A stretch of 61,057 nucleotides of DNA, counting the filler. It is 5 parts of 5 records of this genome, joined end to end, with 100 filler letters (N's around TTAATTAATTAA, not from the genome) between each part and the next. Parts side by side here need not be neighbours in the genome. Positions count along the whole stretch, not along the records: positions 1 to 13,051 come from DRR723986_8085; 4 more parts are not named here. One strand, given 5' to 3'. The notes under the pieces are model-generated. The model had not been told where the DNA came from. It saw nothing but the letters and a program-made list of their open reading frames with translations, and ran no database searches. The position numbers were made by a program, and so were the translations under genes. Below are positions 1-11,334 of this stretch, one piece after another. The number at the start of each line of letters is the position of its first letter. Within the stretch, counting starts at the first letter, position 1.

Positions 1-2193
1 GCCACCACCCGCCCGGAAACCATGCTGGGCGATTCGGCTGTGATGGTGCACCCCGAGGATGAACGCTACCAGCACCTGATCGGCAAAAAAGTACGACTGC
101 CCTTGTGCAACCGAGAGCTGACCATCATCGCTGATGAGTATGTAGACAGCAGCTTCGGTACTGGCGTGGTGAAAGTGACACCGGCACATGACTTTAACGA
201 CTATGCCGTGGGCCAGCGCCACAAGCTGGAGTTGATTAACATCCTTACATTGGATGCAACCATTGCAGACAATGCGCCTGCGAAGTACGTGGGCATGGAC
301 CGCTTTGTAGCCCGCAAACAGATTGTGGCCGACCTGGAAGAACTGGGCCTGCTTGGTGACATCAAACCCCACAAACTGATGGTGCCCAAGGGCGACCGAA
401 CCGGCGTGGTGATTGAACCCATGCTGACCGACCAGTGGTTTGTGGCCATGACCAAAGTGGCCGAAGGCGATGCCACCGGAAAAAGCATTACCCAGAAAGC
501 TATTGATGCAGTTGAACAAGGCCAGGTGAAGTTTGTGCCCGAGCAATGGGTAAACACCTACAACCAGTGGCTGAACAATATTCAAGACTGGTGTATTTCC
601 CGCCAATTGTGGTGGGGCCACCAAATCCCGGCGTGGTACGGTGAGAATGGCGAGGTGTTTGTGGCACGTACTGAGGACGATGCCCGCAGCAAGGCCTCAG
701 CCACTGGCTACACGGGCGCATTGAAGCGCGACGATGATGTACTGGACACCTGGTTCAGTTCCGCCCTGGTACCTTTCAGCACCTTGGGCTGGCCCGAGGA
801 AACCCCTGAACTGAAACACTTCCTGCCCTCCTCCGTATTGGTAACTGGCTTTGACATCATTTTCTTCTGGGTGGCCCGAATGATCATGATGACCACCCAC
901 TTCACTGGCCAAGTGCCTTTCCACACCGTATATGTGCATGGCTTGGTACGGGATGCTGAAGGCAAAAAAATGAGCAAGTCGGTGGGCAACACTCTCGACC
1001 CGGTTGATTTGATTGATGGGTGCAGCCTGGACACCCTGCTGGTGAAACGCACCACGGGCTTGAGCAAACCCCAAGATGCGCCAAAGATTGAGAAAAAAAC
1101 CCGCAAGGAATTTCCGGAAGGCATTCCCGCCTACGGTGCTGACGCACTGCGCTTTACCTTCGCAAGCCTGGCCACTTTGGGCCGCAACATCAACTTTGAC
1201 CAGAAGCGTTGTGACGGTTACCGCAACTTCTGCAACAAGCTGTGGAATGCCACCCGCTTTGTGTTGATGAACACCGAAGGGCAAGACTGCGGTCTGAGCG
1301 ACCACGATGCGGACGCCTGTACACCCGGCGGTTACCTCGATTTTTCACAAGCAGACCGCTGGATTACGAGCACCCTTCAACGCGTGGAAGCCGATGTGGC
1401 CCAAGGGTTTGAAACCTACCGATTCGACCTGATTGCCCAAAGCATTTATCAGTTTGTGTGGGATGAATACTGCGACTGGTACCTTGAAATTGCCAAGGTG
1501 CAAATTGCCAACGGCACACCCGCCCAACAACGGGCCACTCGCCGCACCTTGGTGCGCGTGCTGGAAACCATCTTGCGTTTGGCCCACCCCATTATTCCGT
1601 TCATTACCGAAGAACTCTGGCAAACAGTGAGTGTAGTGGCTGGCCGTCGCGACGAGGGCGTACAGGCCAGTCTGATGACCCAGGCTTACCCGGTCAGCGT
1701 GCCCAGCCGTATTGACGAAAAAGCTGAAAGCTTTGTGGCCCAACTGAAATCCACGGTGGATGCCATTCGCGCACTGCGCGGTGAAATGGGTTTGAGCCCA
1801 GCCGAAAAAGCACCGCTGATTGCCAGCTGTGAAGGCAGCGCTGAGCAACGCGCATTTCTGGAAAAAACCGGACCGGTTCTGGCGGCACTGGCCAAGCTGA
1901 GCAAGGTGGAGGTGGTCGATTCACTGCCAGCGGAGTCCATGGCGCCGGTGCAAATTGTGGGTGAGCTGAAATTGATGCTGCACATTGAAATTGATGTGGA
2001 AGCGGAGCGTGCCCGCATTGGCAAAGAAGCGGAAAAAATTCGAATTGAAATTGCAAAGTGCAATGGCAAGCTGGGCAACGCCAGCTTTGTAGACCGCGCA
2101 CCCGCAGCAGTGGTTGAACAGGAAAAGGCTCGACTTGCCGAGTTCAGTGCCCTGCTTGAAAAACTGGAAAGTCAGCTTAGCAAATTGGGCTGA
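1..2193 (+). CDS. valS: Valine--tRNA ligase, 5' truncated at window start
   Basis: Frame is open from base 1 ([11 protein letters not shown]). Motifs [29 protein letters not shown] and a C-terminal coiled coil. Confidence 0.98.
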   Translation, partial: ATTRPETMLGDSAVMVHPEDERYQHLIGKKVRLPLCNRELTIIADEYVDSSFGTGVVKVTPAHDFNDYAVGQRHKLELINILTLDATIADNAPAKYVGMDRFVARKQIVADLEELGLLGDIKPHKLMVPKGDRTGVVIEPMLTDQWFVAMTKVAEGDATGKSITQKAIDAVEQGQVKFVPEQWVNTYNQWLNNIQDWCISRQLWWGHQIPAWYGENGEVFVARTEDDARSKASATGYTGALKRDDDVLDTWFSSALVPFSTLGWPEETPELKHFLPSSVLVTGFDIIFFWVARMIMMTTHFTGQVPFHTVYVHGLVRDAEGKKMSKSVGNTLDPVDLIDGCSLDTLLVKRTTGLSKPQDAPKIEKKTRKEFPEGIPAYGADALRFTFASLATLGRNINFDQKRCDGYRNFCNKLWNATRFVLMNTEGQDCGLSDHDADACTPGGYLDFSQADRWITSTLQRVEADVAQGFETYRFDLIAQSIYQFVWDEYCDWYLEIAKVQIANGTPAQQRATRRTLVRVLETILRLAHPIIPFITEELWQTVSVVAGRRDEGVQASLMTQAYPVSVPSRIDEKAESFVAQLKSTVDAIRALRGEMGLSPAEKAPLIASCEGSAEQRAFLEKTGPVLAALAKLSKVEVVDSLPAESMAPVQIVGELKLMLHIEIDVEAERARIGKEAEKIRIEIAKCNGKLGNASFVDRAPAAVVEQEKARLAEFSALLEKLESQLSKLG

Positions 2194-2220
2194 ATGGCTT
2201 GACTCAGCAGCAGTTCGATT

Positions 2221-2252
2221 AAAAAAGAGCACCTTGCGGTGCTCTTTTTTTT
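2221..2252. terminator. Bidirectional intrinsic terminator
   Basis: AAAAAAGAGCACC-TTGC-GGTGCTCTTTTTTTT between convergent valS and the MBL-fold gene. Confidence 0.9.
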
Positions 2253-2268
2253 CTTCACAACAGCTTGA

Positions 2269-3246
2269 TTAGCAACCTGAGGTGCACTTGCCTTTGCCAT
2301 CAAAACTCATGGTTTTGCCGCTCAGTGGCACATACACTGGAACTTTGCTCGCCTTCATGAATTGCTCGGTTTTTGTACCGGCAATTACTTTGCCGTTTTG
2401 CGTCGCCACTTCATTGGCATGGCTGGCAATCACCGCCTTGGGTTCCACCAATTCATTCACCACGTACGCCGCTTCTCGCGGGCCCGTGGTGAAAGTGTCT
2501 CCAATATTCATCACGGCCAATTGGGGTTTGTAGTATTCACCCACCACCTCTTTTTGCTCACCGGTAATACCTGTGTCGCCACTTAGGTACACGGTCAAAC
2601 CATTGCTGAATTTCACCACATAGCCTGTAGGTGGACCTGCATACGCGGTGATACCCGACTCCTTGAGCAGCTCACCAAGACGTTGCCCCACAAAATCGCC
2701 CGCTATGCCGTTGCTGTGTGCAGCGGGAACCGTGGTAATGCCCACACCGTTGATGGTTTGCATGGCGCCGAAACGCACCAACACTGAATTTTTCTCGTCA
2801 CCGCCAGCTTGTTTCAATTTGGCTGCAAAGAAAGATGGCATTTCGCTGCCGGTGACAATTTTTGCGCCAGTTTTGACGGCGATGTTCACGCTGTTGGAGT
2901 TGGGCAAGGCGCTGGCAGAAATGTCCGGCTTGTCGCAGCTACCGGCATTGGGTGCAGGGTTGTGCCTGTCGCCCAAGTGATCGCCGTGCATGTGGCTCAC
3001 CAGTACCACATCGATTTTGCCCAAGCGGGGGTCTTCTGCACCCGCCACCGTGCGGCCGGCGTCGTACAAAATACGGGTTCCATTGGGATCTTCGAAAATC
3101 ATGGCACGGTCGAAGCGGCAAAACTCACCCTCCTGACCACCCAACGGGGTCACTTTAACCAAGGCTTGGGCCGGGGCCTGCGCCTGAACGGTCAGAGGAA
3201 ACATGCATACCAGGGAGATTGTGCAAAGAAGGGAACGAATTGTCAT
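2269..3246 (-). CDS. Secreted metallo-beta-lactamase-fold hydrolase (UPF0173-like)
   Basis: Signal peptide, HMHGDH metal motif, PAAHS, YLSGDTG, MNIGD. Confidence 0.85.
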   Translation of the reverse strand: MTIRSLLCTISLVCMFPLTVQAQAPAQALVKVTPLGGQEGEFCRFDRAMIFEDPNGTRILYDAGRTVAGAEDPRLGKIDVVLVSHMHGDHLGDRHNPAPNAGSCDKPDISASALPNSNSVNIAVKTGAKIVTGSEMPSFFAAKLKQAGGDEKNSVLVRFGAMQTINGVGITTVPAAHSNGIAGDFVGQRLGELLKESGITAYAGPPTGYVVKFSNGLTVYLSGDTGITGEQKEVVGEYYKPQLAVMNIGDTFTTGPREAAYVVNELVEPKAVIASHANEVATQNGKVIAGTKTEQFMKASKVPVYVPLSGKTMSFDGKGKCTSGC

Positions 3247-3269
3247 ACTGCGACCTGCTTGAATCTTGG

Positions 3270-3743
3270 TTAAAACACATCAAATACTTTGCTCAGCAGA
3301 CCCATTTCACCTGCTTTCTCGAGCTCGGCTTTGACTTTGGCATACTCATAGATCAAATCGCCCGCACCCAATCCCAGCGATTTCCATGGACGATACAGGC
3401 GATGATCAAGCAGTGTATACGCGATGGACTCACCACTCAACACTGACTGGGGTTTGGTACCCAAGCCCATCATGGACCATGCCGTGAATAGCAAACAATC
3501 GGTGTCCTCGGACACCAGCAGTCGTATGTCGGAGTGTCGGGAATCCAGCAGGATCTTTCGATAAACCGACGCAACAGTGTCTTTGGGACCCTCCAGACAC
3601 TGCATAAACTCCATTCCGTTACTCAACAACAGGCCTGTAATGCCCAGTCTCTGATTGTTTCGGGACGCCTGTTCACACAATTGCTCAAAGGCCTGGCGGT
3701 CAAAGCCCGGCGTTTGAACCGACGTGTAAATGAGTCGCAGCAT
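3270..3743 (-). CDS. BLUF-domain blue-light sensor protein
   Basis: LIYTS...SRNNQRLGITGLL...FMQCLEG...DSRH...WSM retains the conserved Tyr/Asn/Gln/Trp/Met. ATG at 3743 preferred over 3770. Confidence 0.9.
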   Translation of the reverse strand: MLRLIYTSVQTPGFDRQAFEQLCEQASRNNQRLGITGLLLSNGMEFMQCLEGPKDTVASVYRKILLDSRHSDIRLLVSEDTDCLLFTAWSMMGLGTKPQSVLSGESIAYTLLDHRLYRPWKSLGLGAGDLIYEYAKVKAELEKAGEMGLLSKVFDVF

Positions 3744-3815
3744 ACAATTCCCGAAATTTGTGTATGACAATCATATGACGCTCTTGCCTTAATCTAACTA
3801 ACCAGAACGGGGTAG

Positions 3816-4469
3816 TCAATTTGGACGGGAGCAAATCCTTGCCGTCTTGTGCATGCGGTTCCTGCCCAGAAACTGGATCCAGTCCGCATCGTTTTGAGGC
3901 AAGGGCATAGCCTTGCTTTGGTAGGCTGTGGGATTCTGAATGGGGTGTGTGGCCAACCCCCTCTGCATCAGCTTCACACTGTGTTCGAGACAGGCCAGTA
4001 TGTCCGTTTTGTTGTTTAACAACTCAACACAAAGCTCATCGGGACACATCCGCACCAAGCCAAGCTTCAAAAGCGGTTTTCTCGGAAAATCTTTCAGATT
4101 CCAGGTGAGTAAACCGACAGGCTGTTGCAATTGGTGCCGCAAAGCAAGGGCTGAAGCGGCCACGTGACGGTCTTTTTCATCCACCTGCCGAACGTCGGCC
4201 AAATAAGGTTCGTGATTTTGTGCTAGCAACACGGCCTGGAGGCGATCCGGGAGATTCTTGCGTTCCAGATCGGCGTCCTCAGCGTGTAAACGACCCAACC
4301 GAATCAAATTTCGGTAACACTCGTTTTCGATGTGGGGAGTCCAATACAAGGTGGCCTGCCTGTGCTCAGCCAGCGCCACCATCAACCAGCGAGTCCATTC
4401 AGAAAACAAGACATTGGCGTCAAGTAGCCAATGATGAGGCACCTCGGGCTTGCCGAGAATAACACTCAC
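3816..4469 (-). CDS. PIN-domain protein (PIN_3/VapC50-like)
   Basis: LLDANVL, WTPHIENE, DEKDRHVAASA and LLTWNLKDFP acidic PIN motifs. Confidence 0.85.
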   Translation of the reverse strand: MSVILGKPEVPHHWLLDANVLFSEWTRWLMVALAEHRQATLYWTPHIENECYRNLIRLGRLHAEDADLERKNLPDRLQAVLLAQNHEPYLADVRQVDEKDRHVAASALALRHQLQQPVGLLTWNLKDFPRKPLLKLGLVRMCPDELCVELLNNKTDILACLEHSVKLMQRGLATHPIQNPTAYQSKAMPLPQNDADWIQFLGRNRMHKTARICSRPN

Positions 4470-4484
4470 GAGGTGCGAACCTGC

Positions 4485-4712
4485 TCAGCGGCGCTTCATG
4501 TAAAAAATGAATGAACCAGACTGGTCAGCCTGCTCCACAAGCTCATTACCGGTCTGTTTGGCAAACATGGCAAAATCGCGCACAGAGCCTGGATCAGTGG
4601 AAGTCACTTTGAGCACCTGGCCGCTTTGCATCTCAGCCAAAGCTTTCTTGGTTCTCAAGATGGGCAGCGGGCAGTTCAATCCGCTGGCGTCGACTTCACG
4701 GTCAAAATTCAT
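4485..4712 (-). CDS. tusA: TusA/SirA family sulfur carrier
   Basis: DASGLNCPLPIL...TDPGSVRDF, 75 aa. Confidence 0.9.
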   Translation of the reverse strand: MNFDREVDASGLNCPLPILRTKKALAEMQSGQVLKVTSTDPGSVRDFAMFAKQTGNELVEQADQSGSFIFYMKRR

Positions 4713-4770
4713 GTCTCTTACTCCTGTTTGTGTCTCAGTTACTGCTTGTGTACTTAGTTGTAATCTTTCA

Positions 4771-5283
4771 CTATTTTAATTCAATCCAGTTGACAGGCAG
4801 CTGACGGGCGCTTAGCCAGTCTGCCATGGCCAAGCCAGTGCCCATGCGCCAAGGGCGCAATTCAGCGGGTTCCACAAGTTTGTAGTCCGCCAGTTCCTCC
4901 GACAAGCTCACTTGCCCCACCGCCTTGATGTGATAACAAATGATCACTTCATTTTTCATGGGGAAGGGGTACACACCGATCAGGCTGCTTTCCACCGCGT
5001 CCAGATTGGTTTCTTCCTTCAGCTCTCGGATGGCACCCTGTTCCGGCGTTTCATTGCGCTCCAGAAAACCGGTAATCAGCGCGTAAAAATGTGCGGGCCA
5101 GGCCACATTTCGGGCGAGCAGCACCTTGCCTTCGTACTCCACAAGCGCAGCCACCACAGGCACTGGGTTGCCCCATTGTACAAAACCACAATCACTGCAA
5201 GCCATTCGAGGCTGACCTGAATGCTGCAATTCGTGCAGCTTGGTGGCGCACATGGGGCAATATTGATAAACGGCCTTGCTCAT
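4771..5283 (-). CDS. NUDIX hydrolase with N-terminal zinc ribbon
   Basis: CPMC...CSDC and Nudix box GFLERNETPEQGAIRELKEETNL. Confidence 0.9.
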   Translation of the reverse strand: MSKAVYQYCPMCATKLHELQHSGQPRMACSDCGFVQWGNPVPVVAALVEYEGKVLLARNVAWPAHFYALITGFLERNETPEQGAIRELKEETNLDAVESSLIGVYPFPMKNEVIICYHIKAVGQVSLSEELADYKLVEPAELRPWRMGTGLAMADWLSARQLPVNWIELK

Positions 5284-5304
5284 GGTGCGCCCCGGTCTGA
5301 TTGA

Positions 5305-7941
5305 TTATTTATTTTTAACCCAATCCACAACACTGGCCAGTGCCGCGTCCAGGTTTTCTGGCTGCGTGCCCCCAGCTTGCGCCATGTCGGGGCGACCACC
5401 GCCTTTGCCACCCACTTGTTGGGCAACAAAGTTGACTAGGTCACCTGCTTTAACCTTGGCGGTTGCCTCTTTGCTGACCGAGGCAATCAAACTAACCTTG
5501 CCTTCCAGCACCGTGGCCAGCACCAAAGCAGCGTTGCCCAATTTGTCGCGAAGTTTGTCAGCGGCTTCGCGCAGCTGTTTCACATCTGCACCTTCCAGCT
5601 TCGCAGCCAGCACTTTCACGCCGCCCACATCCACTGCCTGCCCAGCCAAATCATCGCCCTGGCTCGCCGCCAGCTTGCTTTTCAAGCGGTCCAGTTCTTT
5701 TTCTAGGTTTTTCACCTGATCCATGATCTGGCCAATTTTGACAGTGGCCTCGGCAGCAGGAACCCGCAGGCTTTGTGCAATCGCATCCACTTGCGCTTGC
5801 GCCTTCTGGGCAAATTCCATCGCCCCCAGACCAGTGGTGGCTTCCACACGGCGAATGCCGGCTGCCACACCGCTTTCGCTGGTAATTTTGAACAAGCCGA
5901 TGTCGCCGGTGCGCTGCACGTGGGTGCCACCACACAATTCGCGAGAAGAACCGATGTCGAGCACACGCACGGTGTCGCCATACTTCTCGCCAAACAACAT
6001 CATGGCGCCGGCGCTCTTGGCGCTTTCAATGTCCATGATGCGGGCTTGCGTTTCCGCGTTGGCCAGAATTTCTTCGTTCACAATTCGCTCAACCTGGGCA
6101 ATTTGCTCCGGTGTCATGGCGCTGTGGTGTGCAAAGTCGAAGCGGGTTTTTTCAGCGTCTACCAGCGAGCCCTTCTGGCTCACATGGTCGCCCAGTACTT
6201 CGCGCAGCGCCTTGTGCATCAAGTGGGTGGCGCTGTGATTACGAATGGTACGGTTGCGCTGGTATTGATCAACCTGCGCACCTACCGCATCGCCCACCTT
6301 CAATTCACCTGTCACCAATTCACCATGATGGCCAAACACATTGGCTTGAATTTTTTGTGTGTCCAATACGCGGAACAAATTCAGACAAGCTGAGCCACTT
6401 GAAATTTCACCTTGATCGCCCACCTGGCCACCGCTCTCGGCATAGAAAGGGGTTTGGTCCAATACAACAACGCCCTGCTGGCCAGCTGCAATGCTGTTGA
6501 CCGAGGTGCCATTCACATAAATGGCTGTAATTTTGGCGTTGGCCACTTCAAGCTGATCGTAACCCTTGAATTCGGTGGACACACCGCTGTAAGCCAGGTC
6601 GGCGTCCATCTTGAACTTGCCTGCTGCGCGGGCCTGCTGCTTTTGCTTGTTCATGGCTTCATCAAACGCGGCCTCATCCACACTCATGTCGCGCTCGCGG
6701 CATACGTCGGCAGTCAAGTCCAGCGGGAAGCCGTAGGTGTCATGCAATTTGAATGCGGTTTCGCCGTCCAGCATGCCGCCCTTCGGCAAGGCGCCCAAGG
6801 CTGAGTCCAAAATGGCCATGCCGTTTTCAATGGTCTCGAAGAAGCGCTCTTCTTCGGCCTTCAAAATGCTTTGTACCTGGGCTGCCGCCTTGGCCAGTTC
6901 GGGATAGGCTTCGCCCATTTCACTGACAAGGTCGCCCACCAAGGCATTGAAGAATGGCTTGCGGCAACCCAGCTTGTAACCATGGCGAATGGCGCGGCGA
7001 ATGATTCGGCGCAGCACATAACCGCGACCCTCGTTACCGGGAATAACACCATCCACCACCAAAAATGAACAGGCGCGAATGTGGTCTGCAATCACACGCA
7101 GTGAATTGTTGGTCAAATCAACCGCGTTGCCCTGTGCCGTCACTTCGCGCGCGACCGCTTTAATCAAAGTTTGGAACAGATCGATTTCGTAGTTGCTGTG
7201 CACATGCTGAAGCACAGCGGCAATGCGCTCCAGGCCCATGCCAGTGTCTACGCAGGGCTTGGGCAGTGGGTGCAACACCCCATCGGCGCTGCGGTCAAAC
7301 TGCATGAACACCAGGTTCCACACTTCAATGTATCGGTCGCCATCTTCTTCAGGGCTTCCGGGTGGACCACCCCACACTTCGGGGCCATGGTCGTAGAAAA
7401 TTTCGGTGCAAGGGCCGCAAGGGCCAGTGTCTGCCATTTGCCAAAAATTGTCGGAAGCGTAACGTGCCCCCTTGTTGTCGCCGATGCGAATAATACGCTC
7501 GGCGGGCACACCCACCTGCTTGTTCCAGATGTTGTAAGCCTCGTCATCTTCCTGATACACCGTGACGTACAGCCTTTCTGGTGGCAGTTTGTAAACCGTG
7601 GTCAACAATTCCCAGGCGTACTGAATGGCGTTTTCCTTGAAGTAATCCCCAAAGCTGAAGTTGCCCAGCATTTCAAAGAATGTGTGATGGCGGGCCGTGT
7701 AACCGACGTTTTCCAGGTCGTTGTGCTTGCCGCCCGCCCGAACTGAACGCTGGCTGGAAGTAGCCCGGGTGTATGGGCGTTTGTCTTTGCCGGTGAATAC
7801 GTCTTTGAACTGCACCATGCCACTGTTGGTGAACAACAGGGTTGGGTCGTTGCCCGGCACCAGGCTGCTGGAAGGCACTTTGGTGTGGCCTTTGCTGGCA
7901 AAGAAATCAAGAAACTTTTCGCGAATATCAGCGACTTTCAT
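5305..7941 (-). CDS. alaS: Alanine--tRNA ligase
   Basis: [56 protein letters not shown]. Confidence 0.99.
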   Translation of the reverse strand: MKVADIREKFLDFFASKGHTKVPSSSLVPGNDPTLLFTNSGMVQFKDVFTGKDKRPYTRATSSQRSVRAGGKHNDLENVGYTARHHTFFEMLGNFSFGDYFKENAIQYAWELLTTVYKLPPERLYVTVYQEDDEAYNIWNKQVGVPAERIIRIGDNKGARYASDNFWQMADTGPCGPCTEIFYDHGPEVWGGPPGSPEEDGDRYIEVWNLVFMQFDRSADGVLHPLPKPCVDTGMGLERIAAVLQHVHSNYEIDLFQTLIKAVAREVTAQGNAVDLTNNSLRVIADHIRACSFLVVDGVIPGNEGRGYVLRRIIRRAIRHGYKLGCRKPFFNALVGDLVSEMGEAYPELAKAAAQVQSILKAEEERFFETIENGMAILDSALGALPKGGMLDGETAFKLHDTYGFPLDLTADVCRERDMSVDEAAFDEAMNKQKQQARAAGKFKMDADLAYSGVSTEFKGYDQLEVANAKITAIYVNGTSVNSIAAGQQGVVVLDQTPFYAESGGQVGDQGEISSGSACLNLFRVLDTQKIQANVFGHHGELVTGELKVGDAVGAQVDQYQRNRTIRNHSATHLMHKALREVLGDHVSQKGSLVDAEKTRFDFAHHSAMTPEQIAQVERIVNEEILANAETQARIMDIESAKSAGAMMLFGEKYGDTVRVLDIGSSRELCGGTHVQRTGDIGLFKITSESGVAAGIRRVEATTGLGAMEFAQKAQAQVDAIAQSLRVPAAEATVKIGQIMDQVKNLEKELDRLKSKLAASQGDDLAGQAVDVGGVKVLAAKLEGADVKQLREAADKLRDKLGNAALVLATVLEGKVSLIASVSKEATAKVKAGDLVNFVAQQVGGKGGGRPDMAQAGGTQPENLDAALASVVDWVKNK

Positions 7942-7995
7942 GTTGGGGCTACCTTCCTGAATAAAGCGGCATGCGGTTTTTGGTTTAACCCTCGA

Positions 7996-8709
7996 TTATA
8001 AGGTCATTCGATCAGTAAAAAGCCCTTTTACACCCAAGGCTTGCAGCGTTTTCGCCTGTTCCGCATCGTTCACGGTATAAACCCGAACAACCCGCCCAGT
8101 GGTGTGTATACGGCGCAATGCCGTGGGCTCTGCCCCGCTCCAGTGCAAATGAATGGCACTGGCTTGCAGCGCATCGGCATGCAGCACCCAGTTGTCGGGC
8201 AGTTGCTCATACAGCAAGGCCAGATCATGGCCTTGCAAGGGCAGCAGGCTTGCATGGTAAAAACTGGAAAACACCCAGTTGGCCTGAATGTGTTCTTGCT
8301 GATTTTGCGGCAAAGCGCGAATCGCCTGTAGCACAGCCCTGCCCAAAGCGAGTGCATTGGCTGGGTGAGTGGCTTTCAGTTCCACATTGGCGCGCATGCC
8401 ATGTTCTAAACAAAACGCCATGGTTTGTGCAAGGCTGGGTATTGGCTCGCCCTGCACCGAGTAGTGCCGAAGGTCGCGAGCACGAAGACTGTCGAAACGG
8501 GTTAGCGGATCGGTGGCCGCCATGGCGGGGTCAACAGACCGGGCGCAACGCCCCATCACCCAATCGTGGTGAATCATGGGTATGCCATCTGAAGTCAACA
8601 TCACATCAAACTCCACGGCTTTATATCCGGCATTTAATGCAATTTCAAAACCTTTCAGCGTATTTTCGAGATGACCTTTTCCGCTGCCGCGGTGTGCCCA
8701 AAGTTGCAT
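7996..8709 (-). CDS. Glycerophosphodiester phosphodiesterase (UgpQ-like)
   Basis: WAHRG, ENTL, VEFDV, HHD, NVELK, YTVND, FTD. ATG at 8709 chosen. Confidence 0.88.
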   Translation of the reverse strand: MQLWAHRGSGKGHLENTLKGFEIALNAGYKAVEFDVMLTSDGIPMIHHDWVMGRCARSVDPAMAATDPLTRFDSLRARDLRHYSVQGEPIPSLAQTMAFCLEHGMRANVELKATHPANALALGRAVLQAIRALPQNQQEHIQANWVFSSFYHASLLPLQGHDLALLYEQLPDNWVLHADALQASAIHLHWSGAEPTALRRIHTTGRVVRVYTVNDAEQAKTLQALGVKGLFTDRMTL

Positions 8710-8866
8710 ATTCAAGTATCCGTGAATTGTTAACCATTGACCTAGACCGAGCTTGGTCAAACCTAATTTATTTATTTTTTAAAGGGTTATCCCGGAACTC
8801 CAACGGTTTTAATGCAGTCCCTTCTGGTGTTAAGGTAAAAGAGTAAACCATTTCACAGGGAGGGCA

Positions 8867-10051
8867 ATGTCTGCGTTCTGGCAAAACACCATTAGCCAAG
8901 CGATACGATTACGGCGAGAGTTACACAGCGAGCCTGAACTAAGCTGGCATGAAACACGCACCGCTCAAAAAATAAGAACTGCGCTCAGCGAACTGAATAT
9001 TAACTGGTCCCCATGCGCGGGAACCGGCACCTTGGCGCGTCTGAATATGTCGGCCACTGCATTCATTGCACCTCACATTGCCTTGCGAGGCGACATTGAT
9101 GCCTTGCCCATTGAAGAACAATCCGGCAAAGCCTGGGCCTCCCGTCAATTGGGTTGCATGCACGCCTGCGGGCATGATGGCCACACTGCCACCCTACTGG
9201 CCACAGCCAGATACCTGAAAAGTATTGAACACACCTTGCCAGGGCCTATAACCCTGATATTCCAACCAGCCGAAGAAGGTGGGCATGGCGCGCTGCGCAT
9301 GATTGAGGACGGCGCACTGGAAGGCATTGATGAAATTTACGGTTGGCACAATTGGCCAGCCATACCGGAAGGCCAACTGGTTTGCCCCGACGGGATTGTG
9401 ATGTGCGGTAACGGCACATTCGAGATTACCGTGCACGGCCAGGGCGGCCACGCCAGCCAGCCTGAATTGTGCCGAGACCCTGTGTTGGCGGGCAGTGCCA
9501 TGGTGCAGGCCTTGCAACAAGTCATCGCGCGCAGAGTCGCGCCCCAAAGCTCAGCAGTGCTGAGCGTGACATCATTCAATGCACCCAGTGGCCCCACCAT
9601 CATTCCACAACAGGCCGTGCTGGGTGGCAGCATTCGAGTGCCAGACAACACCACGCGAGCACAGATTAATGCCTTGATTGTTGAAGTGGTGGAGCACACC
9701 GCCCACGCCTATGGTGTAAGCGCCAAAGTCACCATCGAACCGCGCTACAACGCCACCATTAACCACGCCACCCAAGCGGGCAAGTTAAGGACTGCATGGC
9801 GCTCGGTGATGGGCGACGCGGCCTTTGATGTTGTCACACCCGTGCCAATTATGGCCTCGGAAGATTTCAGCTATTACCTGCAGGAAATTCCGGGTGCTTT
9901 TGCCTTGGTTGGCGCAGGCAAACAGGGGGAGGAATCCTTCCCCTGCCACAGCCCTTTCTACGACTTCAACGACGCCTTGATTGAACCGGTTGCCCGCCTT
10001 TACGCGCACCTGGCAGGCGCCCCCGACCCGACACACAACAACAAGGAGTGA
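8867..10051 (+). CDS. doeB: M20 amidohydrolase, probable N-alpha-acetyl-diaminobutyrate deacetylase
   Basis: LRGDIDALP, MHACGHDGH, FQPAEEG, SEDF. First gene of the operon with the DAB transaminase and ectoine hydrolase. Confidence 0.75.
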   Translation: MSAFWQNTISQAIRLRRELHSEPELSWHETRTAQKIRTALSELNINWSPCAGTGTLARLNMSATAFIAPHIALRGDIDALPIEEQSGKAWASRQLGCMHACGHDGHTATLLATARYLKSIEHTLPGPITLIFQPAEEGGHGALRMIEDGALEGIDEIYGWHNWPAIPEGQLVCPDGIVMCGNGTFEITVHGQGGHASQPELCRDPVLAGSAMVQALQQVIARRVAPQSSAVLSVTSFNAPSGPTIIPQQAVLGGSIRVPDNTTRAQINALIVEVVEHTAHAYGVSAKVTIEPRYNATINHATQAGKLRTAWRSVMGDAAFDVVTPVPIMASEDFSYYLQEIPGAFALVGAGKQGEESFPCHSPFYDFNDALIEPVARLYAHLAGAPDPTHNNKE

Positions 10052-10056
10052 TGTGA

Positions 10057-11334
10057 ATGAACATGCAAACTTTTGAGCGACGAGAAAGCGATGTGCGCGG
10101 CTACAGCCGCACCTATCCAGTGGTGTTTGACAAGGCATTGAACGCCCGACAAACCGATGAACATGGCAAAGAATACATTGATTTTTTTGCAGGTGCGGGG
10201 GTGCTGAACTTTGGGCACAACAACGAGCGCATGCAAAAAGCAGTGGTGGATTACATACAATCCAACGGTGTCACCCACAGCCTGGACATGGCCACAGTGG
10301 CCAAGCGTGCCTTTATTGAAAAATTTGAAGAGGTTGTGCTCAAGCCCCGGAACATGCCGCACAAAATGCAATTTATGGGGCCTACGGGCACCAACTCCGT
10401 TGAGGCGGCTTTAAAAATTGCACGACGCGTCACGGGCCGACAACAAATTGTGTCCTTTTCGCATGGCTTTCACGGAATGACTTTGGGTTCGCTGGCCTGC
10501 ACCGCCAATGCATATTTCCGTGGCGCCGCAGGTGTTCCCTTGCAACATGTGACCCACCAAGCCTTTGGCTGCGAAACGCCCTGCAAAGGTTGCACTTTGG
10601 GCTGCGGTGAAGAGAGCATTGAACGCATGCGCGCATTGTATGCCGACACATCCAGCGGCGTGGCACCACCCGCCGCATTCTTGATTGAAACCATTCAGGC
10701 CGAGGGTGGTGTGAAGGTGGCCAGCGCCAAATGGCTTCAAGCACTCCAACAACTTGCGCATGAATTGGGTGCCCTGTTGATTGTGGACGACATTCAAGTG
10801 GGCTGCGGCCGCACAGGCAGCTATTTCAGTTTTGATGAACTGGGTATTGACCCCGACATTGTGTGCCTGGCCAAAGGCATCGGCGGCTGGGGCACACCCA
10901 TGGCGCTGAATTTGGTGAAGCCTGAAATTGACAAGCACTGGGCGCCGGGTGAACACACCGGCACCTTCCGCGGACAAAACCTTTCATTTGTGGCCGGGCG
11001 CGAGGCGCTGACCTACTTCGAGAATGACGAACTCATGAATGAGGTAAAACGCAAGGCCAAGTTGATGCACACGGCCATGCAAAGTTTGGTGGATCGGCAC
11101 CCTGCACTTGAACTGACAGGCAAAGGCATGATTCTGGGCTTGAATGTGGGCAGCACCGAGACTTCGAAAGCCATTGTGAACCAGTGTTTCGAGAACGGCC
11201 TGATGATTGCAAGCTGCGGCACTGGCGGGCGAGTCATCAAACTGATTCCACCGTTGACCATTCCTGATAGCGACTTGGAAGAAGGCCTGAACACCCTGAT
11301 CAAGGCGGTGAACCACGTGATGGAGGCCGCATGA
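10057..11334 (+). CDS. doeD: Diaminobutyrate--2-oxoglutarate transaminase (EctB-like class III), DoeD role by context
   Basis: ESDVRGYSR, IDFFAGAGVLNFGHN, GPTGTNSVEAALK, DDIQVGCGRTG, PGEHTGTFRG. Confidence 0.8.
   Translation: MNMQTFERRESDVRGYSRTYPVVFDKALNARQTDEHGKEYIDFFAGAGVLNFGHNNERMQKAVVDYIQSNGVTHSLDMATVAKRAFIEKFEEVVLKPRNMPHKMQFMGPTGTNSVEAALKIARRVTGRQQIVSFSHGFHGMTLGSLACTANAYFRGAAGVPLQHVTHQAFGCETPCKGCTLGCGEESIERMRALYADTSSGVAPPAAFLIETIQAEGGVKVASAKWLQALQQLAHELGALLIVDDIQVGCGRTGSYFSFDELGIDPDIVCLAKGIGGWGTPMALNLVKPEIDKHWAPGEHTGTFRGQNLSFVAGREALTYFENDELMNEVKRKAKLMHTAMQSLVDRHPALELTGKGMILGLNVGSTETSKAIVNQCFENGLMIASCGTGGRVIKLIPPLTIPDSDLEEGLNTLIKAVNHVMEAA

Noticed and set aside
10057-11334. Ectoine biosynthesis gene ectB
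   Set aside because: Flanked by hydrolase, deacetylase and dehydrogenase genes rather than ectA/ectC.
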